Shown: positions 12,716 to 24,502 of the stretch, piece by piece
How the letters are laid out: each line of letters begins with the position of its first letter
Position numbering within the stretch: position 1 is the stretch's first letter
Assembly (NCBI RefSeq): GCF_018977255.1
Contig: NW_024704742.1
Coordinates: 6,202,001 to 6,266,000, forward strand
Source of the DNA: Callorhinchus milii
Lineage: Eukaryota
Direction of reading: 5' to 3'
DNA length: 64,000 nt
Program-made: the position numbers and the translations under genes
The notes under the pieces: generated by a model
What the model was told of the DNA's origin: nothing
The model's input: the letters and a program-made list of their open reading frames with translations, nothing else
Databases searched by the model: none

Positions 12716-13974
12716 AGGCACCATTTATCTCAAGCCAAATTCTTCTTGGTGGTTCTCCAGGCATCAATACTGCACTTCCTGCAGTCTCTCATTGCTACGG
12801 CTGGAGGAGCACATAGACTGAGGTCAAGTGACTGAAATGAAACGGTGCTTCATAGGGATGTGTGATGCTCGCACGAGAGCCTCTGCTTTTGTCTCTCCCC
12901 CCAGCTCCTCTTGCCTCCCCTCCACCCAGCGACCCCAAGGAGATGAGACCCAGGGCCATTGCTCACCACAAAGTTCCTGGTCTTGTCCACGGCTGAGAAA
13001 CTACTTGCCAGTTTTCCAAGAAAAATGTAGGTGAGTTGACATTCATATTTGTTGTTATCCTGATTTTCTTAATTAAAAATAGAATGAATGATAACTTCAT
13101 TATAAAACGAATACCAGTTTAAAACTCTTTGATTACACCTGGTGTTCAGATTCAACATGTCATTCAACATGTCATGCTTTCATAGATCAACTATTACTAA
13201 AGTTCACATACTTTGCAAGCGTCCTTTTAAGTTGCTATGTATTTTATTTTGTTTTTTTGTTTGTGTATTTGCAGGCGATGAGGTTGGAAAATTTGAGCAG
13301 AGGCTTTCCTCGTAGGATAAAATCTCGGAGTGCTTTGTTGAGGTGGTGTGGATCACAACGTGAAAAACATGAGTCTTATTTTATAATAATAATGCAGTTG
13401 ATAGGGTCACATTGCAGTGATGGGAACATTGCATTGTTGGTGGGCCTATCCTTCAGATGAGACATTAAAGTGACTTCCAGTCTGCTTTTTCAGGGGGATG
13501 ATAAAGATATCAAGCAGCGACTCAAAAAGAGAAGGGTGTTTCTTACGGTTTCCCTTGGCCAATGATCCCAGATAAAATGAATCATTCCTTTCAAGGCTAT
13601 TTGAGGGGAAGATTGCTATGTGCAAATCTTCCGCCACATACACCTACAAGATACACATTTGCAACAGTTTACAGTAAATCCTCTGATGCACTTTGAGAGG
13701 TCTCAATGTTGTGATAAGGTACTATATCAACTGTAAGGGTTATCATAAGCATCCTAATTTAGAGTCTACACGTGCATTTTCTTGCATGGAAAACTGGAAC
13801 CAGAACCATGGCTATCTTATCCCCTCCCTAGAGGCACTAAGGGATGCTGACCTGGTTGAGCACCGGCTATAGAACATTTTGTAGAGGAACGTTGAGACCA
13901 ATTGTTGTGTCCCTATTGCTTCGGTTCAAATCAAGACCACAAGTTGGGAAGAGGCTCATTTACAGTACAACGTA

Positions 13975-14330
13975 ATTTATATTTGTTTAGCACCTTTCAT
14001 GTCGGGAAGACATCCCAAATCGCGTTCACAGTGCTGGTTCGGCTCCCGAGCTGGGGTGGGCTGCGGTAAGATGATCCAAAGTGCTGTCAAAGAGGTACAC
14101 TTTGAGACGGGGCTTGAAAGAGGGGAGGGAGGGAATGAGGGAGGGAATGAGGGAGCGAGCGAGTTGGAAATTCCGGGATGGGGTACCAGGTTGGTAGGGG
14201 AGCGGCCAGGTTGGTAGGGCTCAAGGAGGTCACCGAGGTAGGATGGGAAGAGACCATAGAGCAATTTGAAGGTGAGAACAAAGATATTGAACTCAATCCG
14301 CTGAGGGATGGGGAGCCAATGGCGGTGCTA
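13975..14330 (-). mobile_element. L2 LINE 3' fragment
   Basis: Similar to the 14.9-15.4 kb L2 (LYGLFPSYLGDLLEPYQPGRS), with the tail stem-loop at ~13985-14030. Confidence 0.75.
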
Positions 14331-14900
14331 GGCTTGCAGAGCTAGGAGAGGGAGAGGCTCTGGACAGTCTGTAGCTTTGTGGGGAAGAGTTCCAGGCCAG
14401 CAATCCCCCAGATAAAATAAATCACTTACCATGGTATTTTGAGGCAGATTGCTATGTGATCTCTAAGCACTCCAGGGTGCTGTATAAATGAAATGCGTTG
14501 TTGTTGATGTGATCAAATCTGCGTACAATACAGTTGAGTGTGTTGGTGTGATCCAGTGGACGTGAGGAGAGAGTTAATGGCAGAGGTGGGCATTTGAACT
14601 CATCCCTCCAGGATAGCCATCCTATATTCCCATCCCAGCATTAAGCTTTTTTCCTAAATGAGCCCAGTCCTGGCCTTTACTTTGCTGGCAACCCGTTTTA
14701 GCTGTTATTTACTATTTGTGCAAAGAAATAAAAGTTAACCCCATTAGAATGCACCCGGTTACTTCGAGTGGTTTCTGGTGCTAACAAACAGACATCCTGT
14801 GCTAAAAGTACCTGACTTGATCATGCTTACAGTCCCCCTTCCCCTCTCCGCCTTGGCTTTTATGTCAGACTCCGCCACTGTGAAGCGCTGCGGTCGAGTA

Positions 14901-16240
14901 CAACAGCAACAACAACATAATGACATTTATAGAGCTCCTTTCACGTCAGGAGGACGTCCCAAAGAGCTGAACAGTCAGGTATCGGGGACCGAGCATAGGG
15001 GAGGGGTGGTGCAGGGGTGAGGGAAGGCAGAGAGGTGGGAGGGAGACCAAAGGCACGGTCGAAGAGAAGGCCTTGAAGGAGGCAAGGGAGGAAGCGAGGC
15101 GAAGGGACTGTGGGATGGAGTTCCAGAGTGTGGGGGCAGAGAGGCTGAAAGCCCGGCCACCGATGGTAGGGTGGATCGGGCGGGAGACATGGAGCAGACC
15201 AGAGTCCGCTGAACGGAGGGAGCGGGCAGTTTGGTAGGGAGTTGAGGCACCAGGTGGTAGATTGGGGAGTCGAGAGGTAGGGAGGTGACAGGGAGTGAAG
15301 GGATTTGTACATGAGAGTGAGGATCTTGAAGTCGATCTGTTCGGTGATGGGGAGCCAGTGGAGCCCGGGCCAGAACTGATGAGATGTGGGGATGGAGTTT
15401 GGTCCGGGTCAGTATGTGGGCGGCAGAGTTCTGAATGAGCAGATCTTTTGAATGGTGGAGCTCGGGAGACCAGCGAGGAGTGCGTTTGAGTAATCCAAAC
15501 GGGAGGTGACAAATGCGGGCATGAGGATTTCCGCTGCATTTGGGTTAAGGTACAGTCGGAGATGGGCACAGTAGCGGAGGCGGAAGAAGGTGGTCCTGGT
15601 CAGGGACCAGAAGTTGGGAAGGAAGGAAAGCTGGGGTTCGAACCGGACACCTAAATTGCACACTGGTTCGTTGAGTCTGAGGGAGAGGCCAGGGAGATTG
15701 AGGAGTTTAGATCTGCAGGAGTGAAGGCATTGACAGTAGCCAAGGTGTATGGCTTCCATCTTGTACATATTCAGGAAGTTTACACTCATCCAGGCCTTGA
15801 TGTCTGCCAGACAAGCTGATAGAACATCGGCGGAGGTAAAGTAGATTTGTGTGTCATCCGCATACATGTGGAAGTTTACCCCGTGTCTGCAGATGACATC
15901 GCTGAGCGAGAGCATATAGATAAGGAAAAGAAGAGGGCCAAGGATGGAGCCCTGGGGTACCCTGCAGGTGACCGGGCGGGGAGAGGAGAAACCATTTGCT
16001 GAGATAAAATGGAGGCAGTTGGTTAAGTAGGACTCAAACCATGCGAATGTGGACCCACTAAGGTGGATGAGGGAGGAGAGGGAGATGAGGAAGTGGTCCG
16101 AGATGGCCTTGTGATATAGACAGGTCAGAAATGTCAAATGACCGTGGGGTTTGAGGAGCAGGGAGTGTTGGAGAGGGTACGGATGAGGGAGGGGGAAGGG
16201 GTGTTTGCCTTTCGGAGGCGGTTGGTGAGGAGAGAGTGAG
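14901..16240 (-). mobile_element. L2-clade LINE fragment, internally deleted and frameshifted
   Basis: Minus-strand ORF 15409-16137 has RT motifs VPQGSILGPLLFLIYM and FHMYADDTQIY plus the L2 C-terminal AFVTSRLDYSNALLAGLP. Stem-loop 3' end with a (TTG)n tail at ~14901-14975. Confidence 0.92.
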
Positions 16241-16459
16241 TGAGGGGATAGTTGGGGTGGCTGCTCATGCTGTTATGCTCGGCTCTGGCAGTCATCAAAT
16301 ACCTCCACCAAGTGGCTAGTCTTCCTACATGAGCCTCGCTAGTTGTTGTTGGCAGTCTATGTTTACAGGTGGCATGATTCTAGCTTTATACAGCTACCAC
16401 GTAAAATTTTATCAGCAGAAGTCACTGTATAATGATCAGGAACTGCAATCTTGGCTACC

Positions 16460-17085
16460 ACTAGCGGATCAATTTCAGGGGTAATAATCCCTTCAAATAA
16501 AAAGATGACAATAATAAATTGGTCGCTCAATCCATGTCTGTTTATGGGACACTACTGAGCACAATTGTCTGCTGGGTTTCGCCTCCAAAATATACAGTCA
16601 ATTCACTTTACATTATATTCTGTGAAGCGCTTTGAGACGTCTCGAAGGCATGATAAGGCGCTATATCAAATGCAAGGATTATTATTATTATTATTAACAG
16701 GGACAAAATTTGCAAAGATCGCTGAAAGGAATGATGCTCACCCCACATCAACAAATGCGTTGCAGAGCCCTGATGTTCGAACACATGTTAGTCTGTAAGA
16801 TCATTTTGTCTTAAAATTTAAGATAGTAATCAACATTGCATTGATATAGCACCTTATCACTTCTTTGAGAGTCTCAAAGTGCTTCACAGAAGATCGTGTA
16901 AAGTAGATCGACCGTGTATTTTGTGGGCGAAACCCGGCAGCCAAATTGCTCACAGCAGCGTCCCCACAAACAGTCGTGGATTGAGTGATCAAATTATTAT
17001 TTTTTAATTAATTTATTTACCCCCGCAAAAGCGATCCGCCAATCAGCTAACAACTGGGTTCCTACTTACTGCTAGGTAAACAGAG
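16460..17085. mobile_element. Two 5'-truncated family A SINEs in tail-to-tail inverted orientation (16460-16696 +, ~16830-17085 -)
   Basis: Both carry the shared 3' half and tail, separated by ~135 bp. Confidence 0.85.
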
Positions 17086-17956
17086 CCATTCTAGGCTTGT
17101 AGCAGAGTTACCTAATTGCTGTTGTGGTATGCCAAGGTTGATAGAGTTTTGATGTTATAATAACATTGGGTAACTGCACAGGACTTGATTATTACAAATC
17201 TCACCGGGTCGTGTAAATGCATTGGTTATAATTTGCAAAGCAAGCTAAAGGCATGGAGGGTAGAAGGTCTAAATTGAGCTCACCTGGGAATACAGTGTTA
17301 AAATTGAGACGTGAGGATGTGAGTGGATTGCTAGGCTCAGATTCCTGGATCTCATCATTATTTCCAGCTGATCACCATGCAACTCGTGTTGCTTTTGGTA
17401 CGTGACTGACTCTGATCAATTCATGAACATTGTGGGGAGAGCCTTCTCCTCCCACCCCCAGTCACCTACAAGATCTGTTCCCTCGTAGCCAAGGAACAAG
17501 AACGACAGCAACAACAGAAAAAAAGTTTTTCTTCTGAAATGGGTCTCGAAGAAAATTATAATTAAAGGACGTGTCATGGCGGAACATTAAAACAGATTAT
17601 TATTTCTGCTTGTGAGACTGAGCAGAACTTATCCTATTGTACGTGCTTATCCAGTCAGCTTTATTTGCGGAAATAAAAATCCCATTTCATAGCTGGTTTC
17701 AACACATCCTCAATTTATAATGCGATCCCGATGATAAGTAAAGTAACCGAGTAGCTTATCAAACATTTCTACACCTGGGCAGAATACCGAAGCTCATCCT
17801 TTTCTTCCTATTATTGGAGCGCGTTTGAATCGCTCCGAGGCAGGAAAAAAAACACTCAAAAGAAGATTGCAAAGCCACCCTGCTGTATGTTAATACAGTC
17901 TGTGCAAGAATTTTAAACTAAAATTGGCTCCTCTTTTTTTCTTCCTCTTTGCTCAG

Positions 17957-18010
17957 ACTGGAGAAGCAATAGTCATGCAGAGGTTGACCACGGGATTTGC
18001 CAGCCTCGCA
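17957..18010 (+). CDS. Candidate LEF1 alternative cassette exon (54 nt, phase 1-1)
   Basis: Branch-like aactaaa, long pyrimidine tract ctcctctttttttcttcctctttgctcag, gtaaga donor at 18011. In frame after 5487: DWRSNSHAEVDHGICQPR. Lies in a repeat-free island. No homology recognised. Confidence 0.4.
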
Positions 18011-19766
18011 GTAAGAATCTAATTTGAACCTTTCGTCCCTTGTTCCATTAATAACATCAACGATAATACGATGCTGTACCCCACCTCCTCAAAAGTAAAC
18101 ACAAGAGTATGATGCTTGGATAACATTTCTGAAATGTTACTATTATTTGCAATATGCCTGATAGCTGGCACGCAGCAATCTACCTACCTACTGGGGTAAA
18201 TGTATGCAGATCCCGATAGCTGGGACGCATTTAGGATTAGCGGAATTATTTCCCTGCAGCGGTAACCAACTCGCCTCGCCTGTATTAGCACACGCACAGA
18301 TCAAATATCTTTATCTCTTTATTCTTGCCCCCATGCCGTCTATAACATGGAATTTAGCAATGGTAGACTTCTCCTCCCACTTGGCACCCTCTCTGAACAG
18401 TTTCCGCCCCCCACCCCACCCACTTGNTTTTTTTGTGTGTGTACCCAATTGATTATCTTGGTGTGCATCTGTATGTAGTGTGTATGCGTATTTGCATGTC
18501 CGTTACGTACAGAAACTATGAATCTCTTTAACACGGAGAGAGTAGGTCTTTTGTAGGTTCTTCTGTGTTGTTGTTTTACTAGAATGAGCACGTTTCATCA
18601 CTGATTTGCCAACCTATGCAGCAAGCAAGTGACACAGGACGACTGGGTTTTTACATACCATGCTCCCCTTTGCAAATAATGTGGGGAAGGGGTTTGTGAT
18701 GGGAGAAGGGGGTGGGGGGGGGGGGGGGGGAACTTTGAGCGTTTCAACGGACTTAACACCACGTTGACAATTTCAGAAACGCTGTGTGTAAAATGCAAAT
18801 ATTTGAACTTAAAACACCGCTGGAGTGTCAGTGGATGTATCACTGCACCGCGCTTGCTGCTGCTGCTGCATCCGTGTGTTTACAGATAGATTTAGCTGTA
18901 GATAAAAGAAAGGTATAGTTTCTTAACAAGAAAGAGAGAGAGAGAGAGAGAGAATGAGAGAGAGAGCCTCAACCACAATCTGTTCCTGTAAGAGTGGTAA
19001 ATGTTATGCGCTATGGTAGACATGCCGGTGAGGTGCGTTTCTGGGAGGGTTTGCTCTAATCTTAACAGGCACTAAATCTCTGTCTTCGCAGAAAGCAGCA
19101 GATGGCTTTGAACAGATAACCGTTATTGACGTTTCTGTGTTTGTTTTTGCTGTTCTCGTACTGCTTTGGGAACCTGGAAGCGCACGTTTTAATGTCCTTT
19201 TGAAACTCTGCTTTTCAAAACGTCACTATGCAGCAAACTGCGTCTGTTATTGGGTTTGCGTAGTAGTCAGAGAGTAAATAATAAATGCTCAGAGACTGAA
19301 ATCGTGGGTGGGGGTGGGGGGTGGGGGGGTGGGGGGGCGTGTTTCTTTCTAAATTATTAATGCTGTTTATCTTTAAGCTCGATAAGTTGATGTTTTAAAA
19401 TTCTTTTATGTTTGTTGCACAGAGCAATCACAGAGATTATGTGTGTTTTTTTTTTACGAGAAGTTTGCACACAACACATTTTCCAAGTTCTTACAACTGT
19501 TAAATAGTACTCGGCCCTTTCGGATGGTTCATCCTGATTTTAGCAGCGGAGGTATAAAGTAATAAATTCAACAGCTGCAGATGTTCCTGTATTTAAAAAT
19601 TCAGATCCTGTATATCTCCATAAGAAATGGCAGTCTGATTTGATATGCTTGTACGGTTTATATAATAAAAATGATTTGAATTTTTTCCCTTGAAATTAGC
19701 ATTTAGATGAAATGCTTAACGTTTTAAATGTTAAAGTACCGTAAAATCCAGATTACAAATCAGTCC

Positions 19767-19805
<39 letters not shown>

Positions 19806-20871
19806 TTTCTTTTTTTTTAGTTACCGTTTCGGTAAAGGGGCTTCAAGTTGCTCTCTTTGTATTTAAAGGACAAAATACATGGATATAGGCGTGACTTTGC
19901 GCACTGTTTACGGTAATAAACAGGAACCCCTTTTCTGTATGTAAATGTTGTCAACATCAAATTGAGTTCAAATGAGTACAGGTCATATGTACTGTTACTG
20001 TTAGGTTCTGCACGTGTTTCTGCTACATGCAGATCAGTATTTACAATATGGCAGTGTCATCCACTGGAAAATCATTGAAGCATCATTCTGGTGTTTATAA
20101 TTCCCAGGTTTTACGATAGACATTAGCAGCTCTGCTACCAGACTTATTTATTAGCATTTATTAGCATTTTAGACAATTCTTCAATTGAGCCTGAGTTTTG
20201 AAGCCCGTTCTGTATTTGCTGACAAGAAATTCAGCTTCATAATTACGAATCGACCAATACTGAAGATGCCAAGAAAAAGATCTGAAGTCTAGACACAGGT
20301 GAAATTTCTCTCCCTGCACACCTACAACCCCCGCCACCCCCCCCCGCCCCCCCCCCCCCCCCCCACCCGCCAACCCACTCCAGGCCAGGAGGCATCAAGG
20401 AAAGTATTTTGTTGCGTAAAAGAAGCATTTAATTATTTTTATATTGCTGCTATGCAACCAGGCTTTCATCCCCACTCTCAGATTTAAATTTTTTTTCAAA
20501 CGGTTACCTCTATCGGGAGGAACAAGCCCTATAATTAAAGCATTTGCTCCTTTTCCCGCTGGAGGTGACATGATGATGCACTAGAAGTATCAGGATTTGG
20601 AGTGGGGCACCAGCTTTTGTGTTTCCCGTTCCAAGGTACAGTTGGCCCCGATGCTGAAGAGAACTGTGCAGATGTACAACAAAGCCATTGCTAACCAGTG
20701 CTGAACGCCGGTTACTTATTTTTCTTTAAAATCATTAAGCGTTGAGGCAAGCCTCGAGAGCTTTAGAAGCTTTGTTTTAAAAAAAAAGCTTAAAAGTTCC
20801 TCAAAATAAGCTGCGTGTACAATATCAACAACACAATTGCATTCGATTTAGTGTCTTATTATGTTCAAATT

Positions 20872-21300
20872 GGAGTCCTGTAGCTCAGTGGTTAGTGCAC
20901 TCGCCTCGCAAGAGATTCTTGGCAGGTCGAAATGTTGGGCAAGTTTCCTTAATTCACACGCCTCTGTTTACCTGGTAGTAAGAACCCAGTTATTAGTCGA
21001 TTGGCGGATTTAGTGTCGATTGGGGGGGGTTCATGCGCTCTGAGACGCTACCCTGCGTGGAGGGAACTATATAAGTGCAAGTTGTTGTTGTAATAATTCC
21101 TTAAACATGTTTTGAACAAAAATTGGTCACTTTAATCCGCGACTGTTTGCGGGGACACTGCTGTGCGCGATTGGCTGCCACGTCTCACTCACAAAATATA
21201 CCGTCCACTCACTTTACAATATATTCTGTGAAGCGCTTTGAGACGTCTCGAAGACGTGTTAAGGCTCTATATCAAATGCAAGGATTATTATTATTGTTAT
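20872..21300 (+). mobile_element. tRNA-headed SINE, family A, with a short foreign LINE tail inserted at ~21035-21091
   Basis: Head, body and tail align by eye to the other copies; internal ...ctatataagtgcaag(ttg)n insert. Confidence 0.9.
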
Positions 21301-23169
21301 GTCGAAAGCGCTTCACAGTTTTACTGAGTTGCATTGTGTCTGTGGCTTACAGTACATAAGAGTTCGTCTCAATGCCTCTTAACAGCTGATTTATACTAAA
21401 TGTTCAACGTTTACTTGACACAGAAATTACGTTGAAATCAATGCTAAAGTGTAAGCAGCCTATGTTTAGAAGTGTCTATTCATCTTCGATACAAGCGTAA
21501 AATGCTATACTCAGCTCGGGAAATTATGCCAGCCCTATTTAAAGTGTGTGGTGCAGAGGAATGAAATTATATTTTCTGGCACAAGGACAAACTTCCTTGG
21601 GCAAAGGCAGAGATTACATTGCACTTAAAATGATTACTGTCAGTTACATGAATCGCCGATGTGATGTAGTCAATGTACACCGCTCACTCAGTCTAGCGAT
21701 CTTTTCATTTTGCCTTTATGTTGGGATTTGCCACATAAGGAAAAGGTCACCACAGTATCTTAGCGATCATTACGTGATTTGTCCGACAGTTTAATGAACG
21801 GTAAAGCTGCGGTTAATTCCAGGACCTGTTTCAATATTGGAACTTGCTTTTGCTTTTTTGTTATTTTCATACTTACCATTTTTATTAATTTGCCCTCCAT
21901 CCAGTAGAGTGACTGTGTTTTGCTCACAAAATACGTTACGGTAAATCCTGCAAAGTGCTATGCCGTCATGAAAGGTTTCCTCTTATTATAATATGAATAA
22001 TATTAATAATCCTTGCATTTGATAGAGCGCTTTATCACGCCTTTCAGACGTTTCAAACCCCTTCACAGGATATACTGTAAAGTGTAGTGACTGTGAGGTT
22101 TGTGGGCAAAATGCGGCAGCCAATTGCGCACAGCAGTGTCCCACAAACAGTTGTGGATTGAGTGACCACATTGTTATTATCCATGAGTTCTGATTTGTAG
22201 TGACATTAGGGGTATACAGGGGTGAGATACTGTCGAACCTGATTGTCACAGATAGCTTTCGCCTCTCCCCTCTCCATTTACTCTTTAACTGGTATTTTTT
22301 TGGGAGCTCATTTAATTTCACACATTTAATTATCCTCGCCTTTGTATTAATAGGACCCTGCTGGCTCCATCTTATTCCTTTCTCCTTTTCAGGTCCTATC
22401 CCAATTCCCAGCAGCTTTCCTTAGTTCACAGAGCTCATTAATCTCCATCTTGCTCCAGACCGCTGATCTAGATATCCCGATACTGATAATAATAATCCTT
22501 AATAATAATCCTTGCATTTTGATATAGCACCTTATCACATCTTCGAGACATCGCAAAGCACTTCACAGAAATATGCTGTAAAATGTATATTTCGTGGGCG
22601 AAACGCGGCAGCCAATTGCGCACAGCAGCGTCCCCCAAACAGTCGTGGATTTGTTCATTTATGATGTCTAATGTTCATACTTTAACTGCTTGTTATGCTC
22701 TGATCAAGTCCTGTTAGATTTGCATTATGTTGCCCCAGTAATTGTGTATATTATAGCATACGTACCCCCTCCCTTGCCTCCTTTGTGTTCCGCCTCAACA
22801 CCCTCCTCTTCAACCATACCTTCGTTCACTGTCCTACCCCTACCCTCCCTGGTCTCCACCCCTCCCTCCTGATCCCAACCCCCAGCGGGTCTGTCCATCG
22901 AACTTGGAACGTCCTCCCGATGTGACATGCGCTCTATAGCTATAGCTTGTCGTTGAATACACACCATATATTCTCGTGGGTTTGGGGTAAAGGGAAGCAT
23001 AGGCTGCAGACCAGAAGTGTAACACCTGAACAAATAACTTTTATTAATAAAATAAATTTGTCACGCCGACCTGTTTGGAGCGATGTCTCCCTCACACACG
23101 CACTCTCACCCAAACTCCTGGCCCCGGCGCAGATTTGTGCGCTCGTATTCACCCCACCCCCTGCGAGAA

Positions 23170-23700
23170 GGTTTTGGACGTTACCATTTTGGACGTTACC
23201 ATTCTTCCCGTGCTCTGCTTTGCCCCGACGCTGCTCTCGCCTCTGCCACTACCTCTCCCGGTATCTGTCTCGACGCTAATTCATGCCTTCATCACGTCTA
23301 AGCCAGACAGTTCGAACGCTCTGTTAGCCAGACTCCCACAGCAGCAGATCATCCAGAACTCTGCAGCTCATGTTCTCTCCTACATCAGACTGTCCCGAGA
23401 CTGTCACCCCCATCCTCACTTGGTTCCACAAGGCCCAAATTCAACATCCTTGTCCGAGCTTTGCTGAAACCTTACCACCCCTCCACTCTCTTCGCTCAGC
23501 AAACACCAGCTTGCTTCATGTCCCCTGCTCAACTCACCCCACCTTTGATGGACCATTTCAGCCGTTCTGCCCCCACTCTCTGGAACTCCAACCGAAGTCC
23601 CTTTACCTCGAGCCCTCTCCCCCACCTTTAAAGCCCCTTTTTAAGATCCTTTCTTTTCAATTCTGCTTTTGGTTACCTCTCCCCTAACCTTCCTTCCTCA
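23170..23700 (+). mobile_element. L2 LINE 3' fragment
   Basis: TLIHAFITSKPDSSNALLARLP...IIQNSAAHVL and LRSANTSLLHVP are L2 ORF2 C-terminal motifs. Confidence 0.85.
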
Positions 23701-24107
23701 ACTCCTCCCACTATGAGCTCAGGCTTCCAGCTGCTGGAATATGGTTAAAATCATCTTTCAGCTTATCAATTCGAAAAATTGTTTTGCCCTCCGACCACAA
23801 ATCTGTTTCATTCATTTTGCTTAAACTGGGGAATGTTGAGTCTTGCAAGCTTGCAGTTCTGTCTGATTATCCCTATATTAATTTGCAATGCTATGGACAA
23901 GGTGGGAGTTAGAGGAAAAGATGGACAAATTTCTCTGCACCTTATAGATGTTTGTACCTAAGCTATTCTTCAAATGATTTTGGGTGGTGTGAGGCTGTTA
24001 CATTAACGTGCAACCTCTTTTGCCCTGTTGTTGGAAACCTCACTGAGATTCGCTGTGAATGGATTTCACATGGTGGGCTCCTCTCTTGTGAACTGTCTTG
24101 AGAATAG

Positions 24108-24502
24108 TAATAATAATAATAATCCTTGCATTTGATATGGCACCTTATCAGGTCATCGCGATGTCTCAAAGTACTTCACAGAATACACTGTAAAGCGAAT
24201 TGACTGTATATTTTGTGGGCAAAATGCGGCAGCCAATTGCGTACAGCAGTGTCCCACAAACAATCGTAGATTAAAGTGACCAATTTATAACTATTATTGT
24301 TATTTTTGAGGGAATTGTTACCCCAGGAAAAGCGATCCGCCAATCGATTAACAACCGAGTTCCTACTTACTATTAGGTAAACAAAGGTGTGTGGAGTAAG
24401 GAAACTTTTTGCCCTTTTGCCCAACATTTTGCCCTGTCAGGAATCGAACTCAGGTCTCTCGCTTGCGAACCAAGTGCTCTAACCGCTGAGCTACAGGACT
24501 CC
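24108..24502 (-). mobile_element. tRNA-headed SINE, family A, full length
   Basis: Reverse complement of head, body, shared 3' half and (ATT)n tail. Confidence 0.92.
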
